From: Opitutales bacterium
Lineage (GTDB): Bacteria > Verrucomicrobiota > Verrucomicrobiia > Opitutales > UBA9783
DNA length: 25,027 nucleotides
Reading direction: 5' to 3'
Assembly: GCA_024407725.1 (NCBI GenBank)
Contig: JAKSVZ010000012.1
Span: 1-25,027 of the forward strand
Shown here in pieces: positions 14,133 to 23,474 of this stretch (positions are counted from its first letter, which is position 1; each line of letters begins with the position of its first letter). The notes beneath the pieces are model-generated. The model saw only the letters and a program-made list of their open reading frames with translations. It was not told where the DNA came from and searched no databases. A program made the position numbers and the translations under genes.

Positions 14133-15326
14133 TTATTCAGCTTTTTCTTCATCAAAACAACGCCTAAATAGGATCCAAACGAATAACAATACAATAGAAA
14201 TTACTTGTAGGGTCACGATAGCCAAATGGTAAGAATGAACCGCATGGATTCGCGCCATGAAATACGGCCCTGTTGCGCTTCCTAAACAAATAGCAGCTGA
14301 TATCCATCCATTGACTGCCCCAATGCATTGCACCCCAAATAATTTGGGAATCACTAGATAAGCAATGATTTGCCGTATTCCCCAATAAACACCGCATAAT
14401 ACCCCAAATAAAACGATTCCGTAAGGGTGGGTAATATAGGGAATTATTTTTAATAACGCTAAATCCACTAACAAGAAAAGGGCTACCGCCGGAGCACGAC
14501 GAAATCGCTCCATAACAAATACCGTTGTAATGGTGAACAGGGGCGTTAATGCCAATATACGCGTTACCTGCTCCTTTGAAGTCCCATATTCTTGGCAAAT
14601 AGGAACCAAATGGAACGAAAATCCTGTGTTTTGAAATGCCTTAAAAAAAAGAGCCGTTACAATAATCCAAAACGCTGGTTTTTTTAAAAAAGCACGGTCT
14701 GTACTGACCGACTGAACCGCTTTCTTAGGTAATGGAGTATCTGGTTTACGAACCCATTTTACCAAGAAGGACATACCCACTACCCAACAGAGGCCAAAAA
14801 CCAACCAAAAATGATACCAAATGACGTGGTTATGCACTTGAACACTGAGCCACGGCATAAGCGAAGCAATCGATGCCAACAAAAATGTAGTAATCCCAGT
14901 TGCAAATCCCCTACGATTCACGAACCAAGCCCCTACCATGCACCGTACCGTTAACATATAGGTTTGTACTCCCATGCGAATGGCAATAAACGCACCGGTC
15001 ATGAGGATGATGCTCAACAAAGGCGAAGGTTTAATGTAAGCAAGCAGCCCTAAGGTCATAAACGCGCCGCCGAATCCAACAATAAAAACGCGTAAAAAAC
15101 CGGTCACTGGCCACCGATCGTAAGCCTTGCCGATATAGGGCAATGCGATACCTGAGCACAAATTGGCAATACCATAGGCAAAACTAATTTGAACCATGGT
15201 TACGGATAAATCCGCTACAATATCCTTTAAAAATGGACTAAAAGAAGCACTTCGGCCCAACCCACTAAGCCCTTCAACAAGCACTACTATGAATAAAGTA
15301 ATCCATCGGTAGCTCATTAAATTCAT
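14133..15326 (-). CDS. MFS-type transporter
   Basis: 397 aa with about 12 hydrophobic helices in a 6+6 layout and a central loop (RKPDTPLPKKAVQSVSTDRAF). An MFS motif-A-like sequence, GKAYDRWPV, follows TM2. The substrate is unknown. Confidence 0.7.
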   Translation of the reverse strand: MNLMSYRWITLFIVVLVEGLSGLGRSASFSPFLKDIVADLSVTMVQISFAYGIANLCSGIALPYIGKAYDRWPVTGFLRVFIVGFGGAFMTLGLLAYIKPSPLLSIILMTGAFIAIRMGVQTYMLTVRCMVGAWFVNRRGFATGITTFLLASIASLMPWLSVQVHNHVIWYHFWLVFGLCWVVGMSFLVKWVRKPDTPLPKKAVQSVSTDRAFLKKPAFWIIVTALFFKAFQNTGFSFHLVPICQEYGTSKEQVTRILALTPLFTITTVFVMERFRRAPAVALFLLVDLALLKIIPYITHPYGIVLFGVLCGVYWGIRQIIAYLVIPKLFGVQCIGAVNGWISAAICLGSATGPYFMARIHAVHSYHLAIVTLQVISIVLLFVWILFRRCFDEEKAE

Positions 15327-15388
15327 AAACGTTCTAAAAAAGCACCATTGACAAGCTTTTAATAATATAAAAGTCTTAAAATCGTCTC

Positions 15389-15895
15389 ATGGTCTCCATT
15401 CCGCCCTGCCCTTTTGTCCCCTTTGACGAAACGCTTCCTCTGGATAACCCCCATCGTTATTTCATGCAGTGCGCCTTCAATGAAGCCTTAAAAGCATGGC
15501 AGTGCGGCGAAATCCCTATTGGATGTATAGCGGTATCTAATGGCAAAATAGTAGCTCGATCGCACAATTTAGTTGAAACTAATCACGATGCCACCCAACA
15601 CGCCGAGTTAAACGTTCTACGCATACTTTCTAACCAAAGAAGCGATTGGCGGCTCACTGACATTACGTTGTATGTTACCAAAGAACCCTGTCCTATGTGC
15701 AGCGGCGCTATTTACAAAGCCCGTATCCCCACGGTAGTATTAGGCGTATTCGATAACCAACAAGGCTGCTTAGGAGGTAAGCTCGACTTTAATCAACACG
15801 TTCACCTAAACCATACGGTTTACATTCAATTAGAAGCCCTCGATGGCTTGTGCGAAAAATTACTCCGAACCTTTTTTACCTCCCGGCGCACGTAA
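15389..15895 (+). CDS. tadA: tRNA-specific adenosine deaminase TadA
   Basis: 168 aa. The CDA-fold zinc motifs are present (HAELNVLR and PCPMCSGAI), and the size and context are typical of TadA. Confidence 0.92.
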   Translation: MVSIPPCPFVPFDETLPLDNPHRYFMQCAFNEALKAWQCGEIPIGCIAVSNGKIVARSHNLVETNHDATQHAELNVLRILSNQRSDWRLTDITLYVTKEPCPMCSGAIYKARIPTVVLGVFDNQQGCLGGKLDFNQHVHLNHTVYIQLEALDGLCEKLLRTFFTSRRT

Positions 15896-15961
15896 ACGCT
15901 TCCAATTTTCCAAGTGTTAAACTTCTTGCGTATTTCGTAGTATTTCTTTCATGATAAACGC

Positions 15962-17470
15962 ATGAAGTTTCTTCGTTTCTGGTTAGAATCGTTAGGCGTA
16001 GGCATCTTAGCAGCATGCCTTGTACCACTAAATTTTTATCAAAAGAACTACCCGCAAATTCTAGGGCAGGATATAGCCATCGTAGTTGGAGCATTTGCAC
16101 TTATTCATGCATTGGTATGGCTCATCTTACGATTAATCTTCCGCAACAGTGATCGTGCCTGTTTAGTGGCTTATACACTTTGGGGTGCTTTTTGGTTTAG
16201 TCGACCCGTATTAAGCTTTATCCGCCACAGCTGCACTTGGACTCAAGCGCTTTATGATCTCATCCATGATTATCGCTACGCAGTAGTACTCGGTGTGTTT
16301 ATCCCAGTTGTAATATTTGGGTACCTATGGCTCCGTAAACACCCTACTGTTATCAAACCCCTAGTCAAAAGCATTAACCTTGCAATCCCTTTAGAACTAT
16401 TTCTATTAGTTGGACAAACCGGTCACAAAGTACACAAATACGCGCAATTAGAGCGCCATCAACAAGAACAAGCGGTACAACCTGATGGGGATTATCCCAA
16501 CATCTACCATATCCTCCTCGATGCCCATCCTAATTTAGAAGGCGCTCGCTTGCTCGGCTATGATCTACAACCCTTTTACGATGAACTCAATAACCTCGGC
16601 TTCATCACTTTCCCTCAATCGCGGTCTAATTACTGCATGACCCTTTGGTCCGTCCCTTCCATGCTTACTATGGATTATTTACCCGGTGATGAAACAAAAA
16701 TAAAAGATTTTACTCTTTATCGTTTATCTCGAAACAACCCCGTATTTGATACGCTTATGAGCCATGGATATCGGGTGAAATTTACAGCGTCTTTTATGAC
16801 AGAACTTGCATTTTATCCTAGAAAATATACTCAACTGTTGTTGCATGGGCCATTAACTACTTTCATAATGGTTTTAGAAACAACAATACTATACAACTTT
16901 CAATTTAATCGCACATGGTTTTATCAATTACAACCAAACCCGAAAATCATATATCATACCTGTCTAAAATGGCTCTTATCCCCAAACAATCACCAACCCA
17001 TTTACCGTTATGTACATATTCTATGCCCGCACCCACCTTTCGTCTTTTCAGACAATGCATCTGCCACCTATGGGCTCACTGTTCAGTATCAAAAGAATCA
17101 AACAGATTCATATATTCCCCAAATACGTGCTAATATCGCTGGAATTGATGCCATGGTACTGCCTATCCTCAAGCAATTAACCCAACAACCTAAGCCTCCC
17201 ATTATCATCCTCCATTCCGACCACGGATCTTATTTTGGAACCCAAAATAATGTAGATTCCAATTTTGGCAACCTCTTGGCGCTTTATATTCCCGACACTT
17301 GGAAATCCGACGCAAAAGATCTTAAGTTTATCAACCTCTACCGCTTTATACTCAACCACCTGTTTAATGAACATAGGCCGTATATCGATCAAAATCGGCA
17401 GATCATCGGCGGTAAGGACTTCGACCCAAATATCAGCATCTGGGATCACCTATCTAAGCGAATAATGTAA
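15962..17470 (+). CDS. Membrane-anchored alkaline-phosphatase-superfamily enzyme, phosphoethanolamine-transferase (EptA/LptA)-like
   Basis: 502 aa. The N-terminus has ~5 TM helices. The C-terminal domain has YHILLDAH (metal site), CMTLWSVPSMLT (compare the EptA/MCR nucleophile box CGTSTA.SVPCMFS) and IIILHSDHGSYFG (SDHG box). The match is from remembered motifs and was not computed. Confidence 0.5.
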   Translation: MKFLRFWLESLGVGILAACLVPLNFYQKNYPQILGQDIAIVVGAFALIHALVWLILRLIFRNSDRACLVAYTLWGAFWFSRPVLSFIRHSCTWTQALYDLIHDYRYAVVLGVFIPVVIFGYLWLRKHPTVIKPLVKSINLAIPLELFLLVGQTGHKVHKYAQLERHQQEQAVQPDGDYPNIYHILLDAHPNLEGARLLGYDLQPFYDELNNLGFITFPQSRSNYCMTLWSVPSMLTMDYLPGDETKIKDFTLYRLSRNNPVFDTLMSHGYRVKFTASFMTELAFYPRKYTQLLLHGPLTTFIMVLETTILYNFQFNRTWFYQLQPNPKIIYHTCLKWLLSPNNHQPIYRYVHILCPHPPFVFSDNASATYGLTVQYQKNQTDSYIPQIRANIAGIDAMVLPILKQLTQQPKPPIIILHSDHGSYFGTQNNVDSNFGNLLALYIPDTWKSDAKDLKFINLYRFILNHLFNEHRPYIDQNRQIIGGKDFDPNISIWDHLSKRIM

Positions 17471-17481
17471 GGATTTTTACT

Positions 17482-19107
17482 TTGAAGTTCTTAAAATTCA
17501 TCACTCTTCTTGGTATCCTAGGGTTATTGTTTTTCGCTCATATCGGATCACGTCCGCTTGCAAATCCCGATGAGGGTAGATATGCCAGTATGGGATCTTA
17601 TATCGTTCAAAGTGGTGATTGGATCGTACCGCATTTAAACGGTTTGGTTTATTTTGAAAAGCCACCCTTGGGGTATTGGATGATTGCCTTGGGGGAAAAA
17701 TTGTTGGGCGCTACCTTAGCAGGGGCTCGTTGTTTTAACGCTCTCTGTTCTTTGTTGACCTGCTGCGTATTGTATGGTTTTTGCAAACGATTTTTGGGCG
17801 CAAAAATTGGATTATGGGCCGCTTTGATCTATGGAACCGCTGGGCTAGCCTTTGGCATGAGCCAAATGTTAACCTTGGACAATTTGCTTACCTTTTGCTT
17901 AACAACCACCCTTATTTTATTTGCGAGTGGGTTTTTGGAACCCGATGACAAACGGTCGCATCGGTATTTTATAGAGGCTTACGTATTTATGGGGCTAAGT
18001 ATTATGACCAAAGGGCTCATTGGCATTGTCTTCCCTGCCCTCATCGGGCTCCCTTGGTTAATGTGTACCGGTCGCATCAAACAATGTTCCAAAATGCACT
18101 GGTTGCAAGGCATCGGTATTGTGTTACTCATCGCTGCTCCTTGGCACATCCTAGTCCAAATGAAACACAATGAATTTGCTCATTTTTATTTTTGGCATGA
18201 ACATTTCGAGCGTTATACCACATCCGTACATGCCCGAACAAAACCGTGGTATTTTTTACCCAACTCATTCATCCTCGGGCTAATGCCATGGGCTTTGTTT
18301 TTACCCCGTGCACTCATCCAAGGGCTTAAAGCAGCCCGTTCAGGCGCGCATCCATTTGCAAAGCCTATTTTGCTATTTTCCCTTTTATGGAGTGGCCTGA
18401 TTTTAGGCTTCTTCTCCTGCTCCCATTCGCAACTCATTCCTTATATCCTACCTGCTATTGCCGGAATCATTCCTTGCATCGCTTATGGGATCGCCAACAC
18501 TGACTGGAAACAAATCCGCTTAGAATGTGCCATTTGGGGACTATCATTTTTAATCGCCAGCTGTATCTTGCCGTACATTGTTGCCAAACGAGCATTCATG
18601 CCGGTTCCAGCAACCCTACGGTATATCCTACAAGCTCTATTGATTCTAGGAGCTTGCGGTGCTCTTGTATGCTTAAAACACCATCCCAAAGCATCGTTCA
18701 ATACCCTGCTGATCGCAACTATTGGATTATATGGCATATTTCCAGCTATTATGCCCTATTTTCAACGTCTCAATGGGTACGCTGTCAGCCAACACCTTAA
18801 GCAATGTCCATCAAAAGACGCTGTTTTTTGCGCCTACAACTACTTCAATGATTTACCGTTTTATTTGCAGCACAACATAGGCACCATTAATTGTATCCCC
18901 GAAGAGCATCAGTTTGGGTACAATCTGGAGAAAAACGAACGGTATACAACGATCGAACAATTTAAAACGCTCTGGAAAAGTAAACGCCCCTATTATGCGG
19001 TCGTTAAGCACAACGAAGAAGCGCGTTTTGAAGCAGATATGCACGGGCATGCGATTTACATTTTGACAAAAGATCCATTTTTTACACTCTATAGTAATCA
19101 ACCATGA
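17482..19107 (+). CDS. GT-C family (GT39/GT83, ArnT/PMT-like) polyprenyl-phosphate-sugar-dependent glycosyltransferase
   Basis: 541 aa polytopic membrane protein. The first periplasmic loop has the motif PDEGRYA...YFEKPPLGYW typical of ArnT-like enzymes. The start is TTG at 17482, with AAGGA 8 nt upstream. Confidence 0.8.
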   Translation: MKFLKFITLLGILGLLFFAHIGSRPLANPDEGRYASMGSYIVQSGDWIVPHLNGLVYFEKPPLGYWMIALGEKLLGATLAGARCFNALCSLLTCCVLYGFCKRFLGAKIGLWAALIYGTAGLAFGMSQMLTLDNLLTFCLTTTLILFASGFLEPDDKRSHRYFIEAYVFMGLSIMTKGLIGIVFPALIGLPWLMCTGRIKQCSKMHWLQGIGIVLLIAAPWHILVQMKHNEFAHFYFWHEHFERYTTSVHARTKPWYFLPNSFILGLMPWALFLPRALIQGLKAARSGAHPFAKPILLFSLLWSGLILGFFSCSHSQLIPYILPAIAGIIPCIAYGIANTDWKQIRLECAIWGLSFLIASCILPYIVAKRAFMPVPATLRYILQALLILGACGALVCLKHHPKASFNTLLIATIGLYGIFPAIMPYFQRLNGYAVSQHLKQCPSKDAVFCAYNYFNDLPFYLQHNIGTINCIPEEHQFGYNLEKNERYTTIEQFKTLWKSKRPYYAVVKHNEEARFEADMHGHAIYILTKDPFFTLYSNQP

Positions 19108-20141
19108 GCGTTAAAAACGAAACGGATCTCAACGATCAAAACGCAAAAACAACCCAAAACAATCAACCCAAGCACCCTCGTTCGGGCTCTACCCTAGATG
19201 AACCCCATCCTGAATTGTCCGTTGTGGTACCTGCTTACAACGAAGAGCCCAACATTGATGAGCTATGCTCGCGATTAATAGCGGTTTTAGAAGGCACCCA
19301 TCGTACCTTTGAAATCGTAATCGTCAACGATGGCAGTAAGGATCATACGTTGGACAAACTGTTGCAGTGGCAAAAAAAATACCCCACTGTTTTTCGCATT
19401 TTAGATTTTAACAGTAATTTTGGGCATCATAATGCATTATGGGCCGGTTTTGAACACGTACGCGGGGATATCATTATTTCCATGGATGCCGACTTACAAA
19501 ATCCACCGGAAGAACTTCCAAAATTGTTGGAAAAAACCGACGAAGGCTATGATTATGTCGGCAGTTACCGTTTAGGGAAACGCCAAGACGCAAAATGGCG
19601 CGATTGGGCATCAAAAATCGATAACTACCTAAGAGGGCACATTACCAATATCGCTATGTCCGACCAAGGTTGTATGTTAAGAGCTTACAAGCGCTCCATT
19701 ATCGACGCTATTATTCGCTGCGGAGATTATACCGCCTTTATCCCTGTTTTAGCTTATAAATTCGCATCAAAATATACCGAAATCGGCATGCGCCATGCAC
19801 CCCGTTTTCAAGGCGAAACTAAATACGGCTTATATTACTTATTAAGAACCCATTTCGATTTAATGACTGGGTTTTCATTGGTTCCTCTGCAGGTATTCAC
19901 CCTATTCGGATTTGTGTTAGCGAGTGGCAACTTCCTGCTGGTCATTTATCTCCTGTTAAGGCGGATCTTTATTGGCCCTGAAGCAGAGGGGGTATTTACC
20001 TTGTTTGCTATCTTGTTTTTCATGGTCAGCGTTGCTATCGTCGGCATTGGACTCATCGGAGAATATGTCGGACGCACCTACCAAATTGTACAAGGGCGCC
20101 CACGCTACGTTTTGCGTAAGCTATACGATACGCAAAAATAG
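19104..20141 (+). CDS. GT2 polyprenyl-phosphate glycosyltransferase (ArnC/GtrB/DPM1-like)
   Basis: 345 aa. The GT-A motifs are present (LSVVVPAYNEEPNI, IVNDGSKD, SMDADLQNPPEE). Two C-terminal TM helices match the ArnC/GtrB layout. The ATG overlaps the stop of the upstream GT-C gene (ATGA at 19104-19107). Confidence 0.85.
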   Translation: MSVKNETDLNDQNAKTTQNNQPKHPRSGSTLDEPHPELSVVVPAYNEEPNIDELCSRLIAVLEGTHRTFEIVIVNDGSKDHTLDKLLQWQKKYPTVFRILDFNSNFGHHNALWAGFEHVRGDIIISMDADLQNPPEELPKLLEKTDEGYDYVGSYRLGKRQDAKWRDWASKIDNYLRGHITNIAMSDQGCMLRAYKRSIIDAIIRCGDYTAFIPVLAYKFASKYTEIGMRHAPRFQGETKYGLYYLLRTHFDLMTGFSLVPLQVFTLFGFVLASGNFLLVIYLLLRRIFIGPEAEGVFTLFAILFFMVSVAIVGIGLIGEYVGRTYQIVQGRPRYVLRKLYDTQK

Positions 20142-20245
20142 CCAGCGTATAGGGATTTTAGCCAAACGCAAACGCGCATTGGGATTACCCAGCTTCGATA
20201 AAATAAACTTGATTGATTAGAAAAAATTTCAGATAGTTCGTCATT

Positions 20246-20383
20246 ATGCATCCTACTTATTCACCATCAAAATTAAAACGGGTACGTATGTGTGGGTTCC
20301 GTGCACGGCAAGCGACTAAAGGCGGGAGACAAGTACTCTCAGCAAGACGCAGTAAAGGACGGCGCAAGCTAACTCAAGTGTAG
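20246..20383 (+). CDS. rpmH: 50S ribosomal protein L34
   Basis: The ORF is not in the supplied track because it is only 45 aa. Hand translation gives [45 protein letters not shown], the canonical L34 pattern, directly upstream of rnpA. Confidence 0.95.
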   Translation: MHPTYSPSKLKRVRMCGFRARQATKGGRQVLSARRSKGRRKLTQV

Positions 20384-20384
20384 T

Positions 20385-20747
20385 GTGAAGCGAAATCAAC
20401 GATTGCGTAAAACGGTTGATTTTCAAACCTTGTATCGCACGGGTTATAAGATAACCTTACACGGATTGGTACTTTATTACCATCCTTCAGATACAGCCGA
20501 TCATCGTATGGGCATTGTTATCTCACGTAAAATAGGACAAGCGGTTATCCGTAATCGCTTCAAACGCCATATGCGCGTCTTGTTCCATTTATTTCAAACA
20601 AAAATCACCACCTTTGGGGATTTATTGTGGGTTGCAACACGCCCATCGATCGCTTGTTTATCCTTCGAAGCATTGCAAAATCGGGTTAATGACGGCCTCA
20701 ATCAGTTAAATCTTCACCTACAAAACACACGGGGAGCGCAAGCGTAA
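20385..20747 (+). CDS. rnpA: RNase P protein component
   Basis: 120 aa basic protein with a GTG start 1 nt after the rpmH stop. It has the RnpA pattern (RLRKTVDFQTLYRTGYK...GIVISRKIGQAVIRNRFKRHMR). Confidence 0.9.
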   Translation: MKRNQRLRKTVDFQTLYRTGYKITLHGLVLYYHPSDTADHRMGIVISRKIGQAVIRNRFKRHMRVLFHLFQTKITTFGDLLWVATRPSIACLSFEALQNRVNDGLNQLNLHLQNTRGAQA

Positions 20748-20756
20748 AGGAGTCCT

Positions 20757-21038
20757 ATGAATCAAGGTATACGAATGATTTTCTATTATCCCGATCGATT
20801 CATCGCTACAGTGCTAAGAATCATGATACGCCTTTATCAGCTGCTATTGTCACCGATTCAACACGGATTATCGCCAGTCGTAGGTTTTCGGTGCGGCTGC
20901 CGTTTCCTACCCACCTGCTCCGATTATGCCCTTCAATGCCTGCAAAAGCATCCGTTTCATCGTGCTTGCTGGTTTGTTTTAAAACGCTTATTGCGGTGCC
21001 AATCGCTCTGCAAAAGCGGTTATGACCCTATTCCTTAA
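20757..21038 (+). CDS. yidD: Membrane protein insertion efficiency factor YidD
   Basis: 93 aa with the YidD motifs (YQLLLSP...CRFLPTCSDYA...GYDPIP). It lies between rnpA and yidC. Confidence 0.9.
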   Translation: MNQGIRMIFYYPDRFIATVLRIMIRLYQLLLSPIQHGLSPVVGFRCGCRFLPTCSDYALQCLQKHPFHRACWFVLKRLLRCQSLCKSGYDPIP

Positions 21039-22695
21039 TATCATGGATAAAAAAAATCTTATCATTGGAAGTCTCTGTTTGTTTGCAGCCTTTTGGTTGT
21101 TCGTCAGTCAAAGTAAATCCATCGAACAAAGCGCTGCGGTTACAACAGCGAATACTGCTCAAGTAGCCAATGCTGCTCAAGAAACCCCATCGGCTGCGCA
21201 TACAGCACCCGTTAGCAACTGTACGTTGTTTTCGATGCCCGCTAATCAAAAAGATAGCAAGTGCGTTGTATTAGAAAATAACGCCCTAAAGCTTTGTTTT
21301 TCAACCCTAACCGGCGGTATTCAATCGGCTGAGTTGAAACAATTTCCGCTTAGCCAAGAACAAGCCACGCCTTATGTCTTTAACCAAGGCGCTCCTCTAC
21401 CCGCCTTAACCTTAAGTTTTGACCCCCAAGGCACGCCCTTAACAACGTTCAAAGTTACCGCTCAAACAGCCAACTCGATTCAATTGGATACAACCCTAAG
21501 CGATGGTACTCAAATTGTACGCGTTTATCGCTTGCCCGAATCGGATGCAGAAAATCCCTACCTGATTCAAACCGACATCATGGTTCGCCAACCTGAGTCT
21601 GCTAACGCATCCTTAACCCACAAGGGGATTTGGGTGTCCTTAGGTCGGATGTTGGGTTCTGAAAGCGATCCTCAGCAGGAATATTTAAATTTTTGCGCTT
21701 ATGATGGTTCCAAAACCGAATTCCAACGCATTGCTGAATTTGAAGCCAGCAATGGATTACTGGGGTTAGGAAAGCACGAAGCTCATCCTTATTTAGAAGA
21801 CACCAAATCCTTTGTATGGGGGGCGCTAAAAAATCAGTTTTTTGCTGCTATTTTGACCCCGCAAACCCCTGCAAGTCGTTATATTTCCTTCCCATCGAAA
21901 GACGCGGAACAATCCTACTTAAATGGATTTCTGGAACTACCCTTAACTCAAAGCAATCACAAATTGTCTGCAACCTACTATGTAGGTCCCAAACAGTACC
22001 TGTTGTTGGAAAAAATGGGCAAAAATCAAGACGAACTCATGCAGTTTGGGTTGTTCAGTGCAGTTAGTAAGGTCTTGCTGATGAGTATGCACGCCATCCA
22101 TCACGTCGTTCCCAACTGGGGATGGGTTATCCTTATCTTAACGGTCATCATTAAAGTACTCATGTGGCCTATTACGCAGATGCAGCTCAATTCCTCGAAA
22201 AAGATGGGTTCCATCCAAGAGCCGTTAAAGAAGATTAAAGAAAAGTACAAATCCAATCCGCAAAAGCTTCAGGAAGAAACCATGAAACTTTTTAAGGAAA
22301 ATCGCATCAATCCCGCCTCTGGATGCTTGCCTTTGTTGATTCAAATCCCCATTTTCATCGGATTGTATTGCGTATTACGTTCCGCATCGGAAATCCGTTT
22401 TCAATCCTTCCTGTGGATCAAGGATTTATCCATGCCAGATACCATCTGCATGTTAGGGAGCTTTCCGCTGAACATTATGCCGTTGATCATGGGAGTTACC
22501 ATGCTCGTTCAAATGAAAATGACGCCTACCCCAACGGCCGATGGAAGTCAGCAAAAAATGTTGTTGTTGATGCCGTTTATTTTCTTGTTCTTCTGCTACG
22601 GATTTCCGTCTGCATTGGTTCTCTACTGGACGGCACAAAATGTATTTACAATTTTACAACAACTGCTTACCAATCGTAATAAGAAAACTGCTTAA
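21022..22695 (+). CDS. yidC: Membrane protein insertase YidC (Gram-negative long form with a periplasmic P1 domain)
   Basis: 557 aa. It has an N-terminal TM helix, a ~330-aa periplasmic domain and a C-terminal conserved 5-TM core (WGWVILILTVIIKVLMWPIT, NPASGCLPLLIQIPIFIGLY, PSALVLYWTAQNVFTILQQ). The start may instead be ATG at 21043 (MDKKNLIIG...), which would avoid the 17-nt overlap with yidD. Confidence 0.93.
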   Translation: MTLFLNIMDKKNLIIGSLCLFAAFWLFVSQSKSIEQSAAVTTANTAQVANAAQETPSAAHTAPVSNCTLFSMPANQKDSKCVVLENNALKLCFSTLTGGIQSAELKQFPLSQEQATPYVFNQGAPLPALTLSFDPQGTPLTTFKVTAQTANSIQLDTTLSDGTQIVRVYRLPESDAENPYLIQTDIMVRQPESANASLTHKGIWVSLGRMLGSESDPQQEYLNFCAYDGSKTEFQRIAEFEASNGLLGLGKHEAHPYLEDTKSFVWGALKNQFFAAILTPQTPASRYISFPSKDAEQSYLNGFLELPLTQSNHKLSATYYVGPKQYLLLEKMGKNQDELMQFGLFSAVSKVLLMSMHAIHHVVPNWGWVILILTVIIKVLMWPITQMQLNSSKKMGSIQEPLKKIKEKYKSNPQKLQEETMKLFKENRINPASGCLPLLIQIPIFIGLYCVLRSASEIRFQSFLWIKDLSMPDTICMLGSFPLNIMPLIMGVTMLVQMKMTPTPTADGSQQKMLLLMPFIFLFFCYGFPSALVLYWTAQNVFTILQQLLTNRNKKTA

Positions 22696-22709
22696 ATCTT
22701 TTTGTCGTT

Positions 22710-23474
22710 ATGTCCGGTCATAGTAAATGGAAAACAATTAAACACGCTAAAGCAGCCACCGATGCAAAACGCGGTAAAATCTTTAGCCTTATTGGAAAAG
22801 AAATTACGCTCGCAGCAAAGGCCGGCGGTGGAAATCCTGACTTTAATCCCCAATTACGCACCATACTGGCTAAAGCAAAATCAGCCAACATGCCCAGCGA
22901 TAACATCAAGCGAGCCATTCAAAAAGGAACAGGGGAAATTCCGGGCATCCAAATCGAAGAACTCACCTATGAGGGTTATGGCCCAGGTGGAGTCGGTTTC
23001 ATGGTGGAAGTGACAACGGATAGTAAAAACCGAGCGGTCTCGGACGTACGCAGTGTATTTACCCGATGCGGCGGAAATTTAGCCGAACCGGGAGCGTTAA
23101 GCTTTATCTTTCAACGCAAGGGACAAGTGCTTATTGCGCGCGAACAAATACAAGAAGAAGCGCTGTTGGATCTTGCGTTAGCGGCTGGCGCAGAAGATGT
23201 TATTACCGAAGCGGATCACTATGAAGTACTCTGCCCAGTTGCTAACTTTTACAGTATGGTAAAAGCATTGGAAGATGCTAAACTTAAGCTGGATTTTGCT
23301 GAGTTAGTCTACTTACCGGCCGAAGGTACCACCATCAACATCACCGATGTGGATATCAAAAATAAGCTGGAGGACTTAACCGAGCGCTTAGAAGATCTTG
23401 AAGATGTTAAATCCGTCTATTCCAATTACGAATTGGATGCGAGCATAAGTTCAGACGATTCTGATGCCGAATAG
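22710..23474 (+). CDS. yebC: YebC/PmpR family transcriptional regulatory protein
   Basis: 254 aa. The N-terminus is highly characteristic (MSGHSKWKTIKHAKAATDAKRGKIFSLIGKEITLAAKAGGGNPDFNPQLR). Confidence 0.95.
   Translation: MSGHSKWKTIKHAKAATDAKRGKIFSLIGKEITLAAKAGGGNPDFNPQLRTILAKAKSANMPSDNIKRAIQKGTGEIPGIQIEELTYEGYGPGGVGFMVEVTTDSKNRAVSDVRSVFTRCGGNLAEPGALSFIFQRKGQVLIAREQIQEEALLDLALAAGAEDVITEADHYEVLCPVANFYSMVKALEDAKLKLDFAELVYLPAEGTTINITDVDIKNKLEDLTERLEDLEDVKSVYSNYELDASISSDDSDAE

Noticed and set aside
14066-14194. Longer N-terminus of the secretin ORF as given in the track (start 14194)
   Set aside because: It would overlap the end of the MFS gene by 62 nt and would bury the signal-peptide-like segment ~45 residues into the protein. 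The internal ATG at 14065 gives a normal N-terminal signal peptide.
14164-14598. 144-aa minus-strand ORF in an alternative frame within the MFS transporter gene
   Set aside because: It lies on the same strand but out of frame within a 12-TM transporter ORF that spans the region. It has no independent support.
15327-15388. TTGACA hexamer (15348-15353) as a promoter for tadA in the divergent MFS/tadA spacer
   Set aside because: No acceptable -10 hexamer lies 16-19 nt downstream. The TA-rich candidates sit only 9-12 nt away, so I do not report it as a feature.
20142-20245. Possible oriC or DnaA-box cluster upstream of rpmH (the dnaA/rpmH region is a common origin location)
   Set aside because: No TTATCCACA-like boxes or AT-rich repeat unwinding element are visible in this 104-bp spacer. 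The upstream neighbour is a glycosyltransferase gene rather than dnaA.
22702-23013. 103-aa plus-strand ORF overlapping the start of yebC, and the antisense 66-aa ORF at 22718-22918
   Set aside because: The YebC frame starting at 22710 has an unmistakable family N-terminus. The competing frames have no recognisable features.
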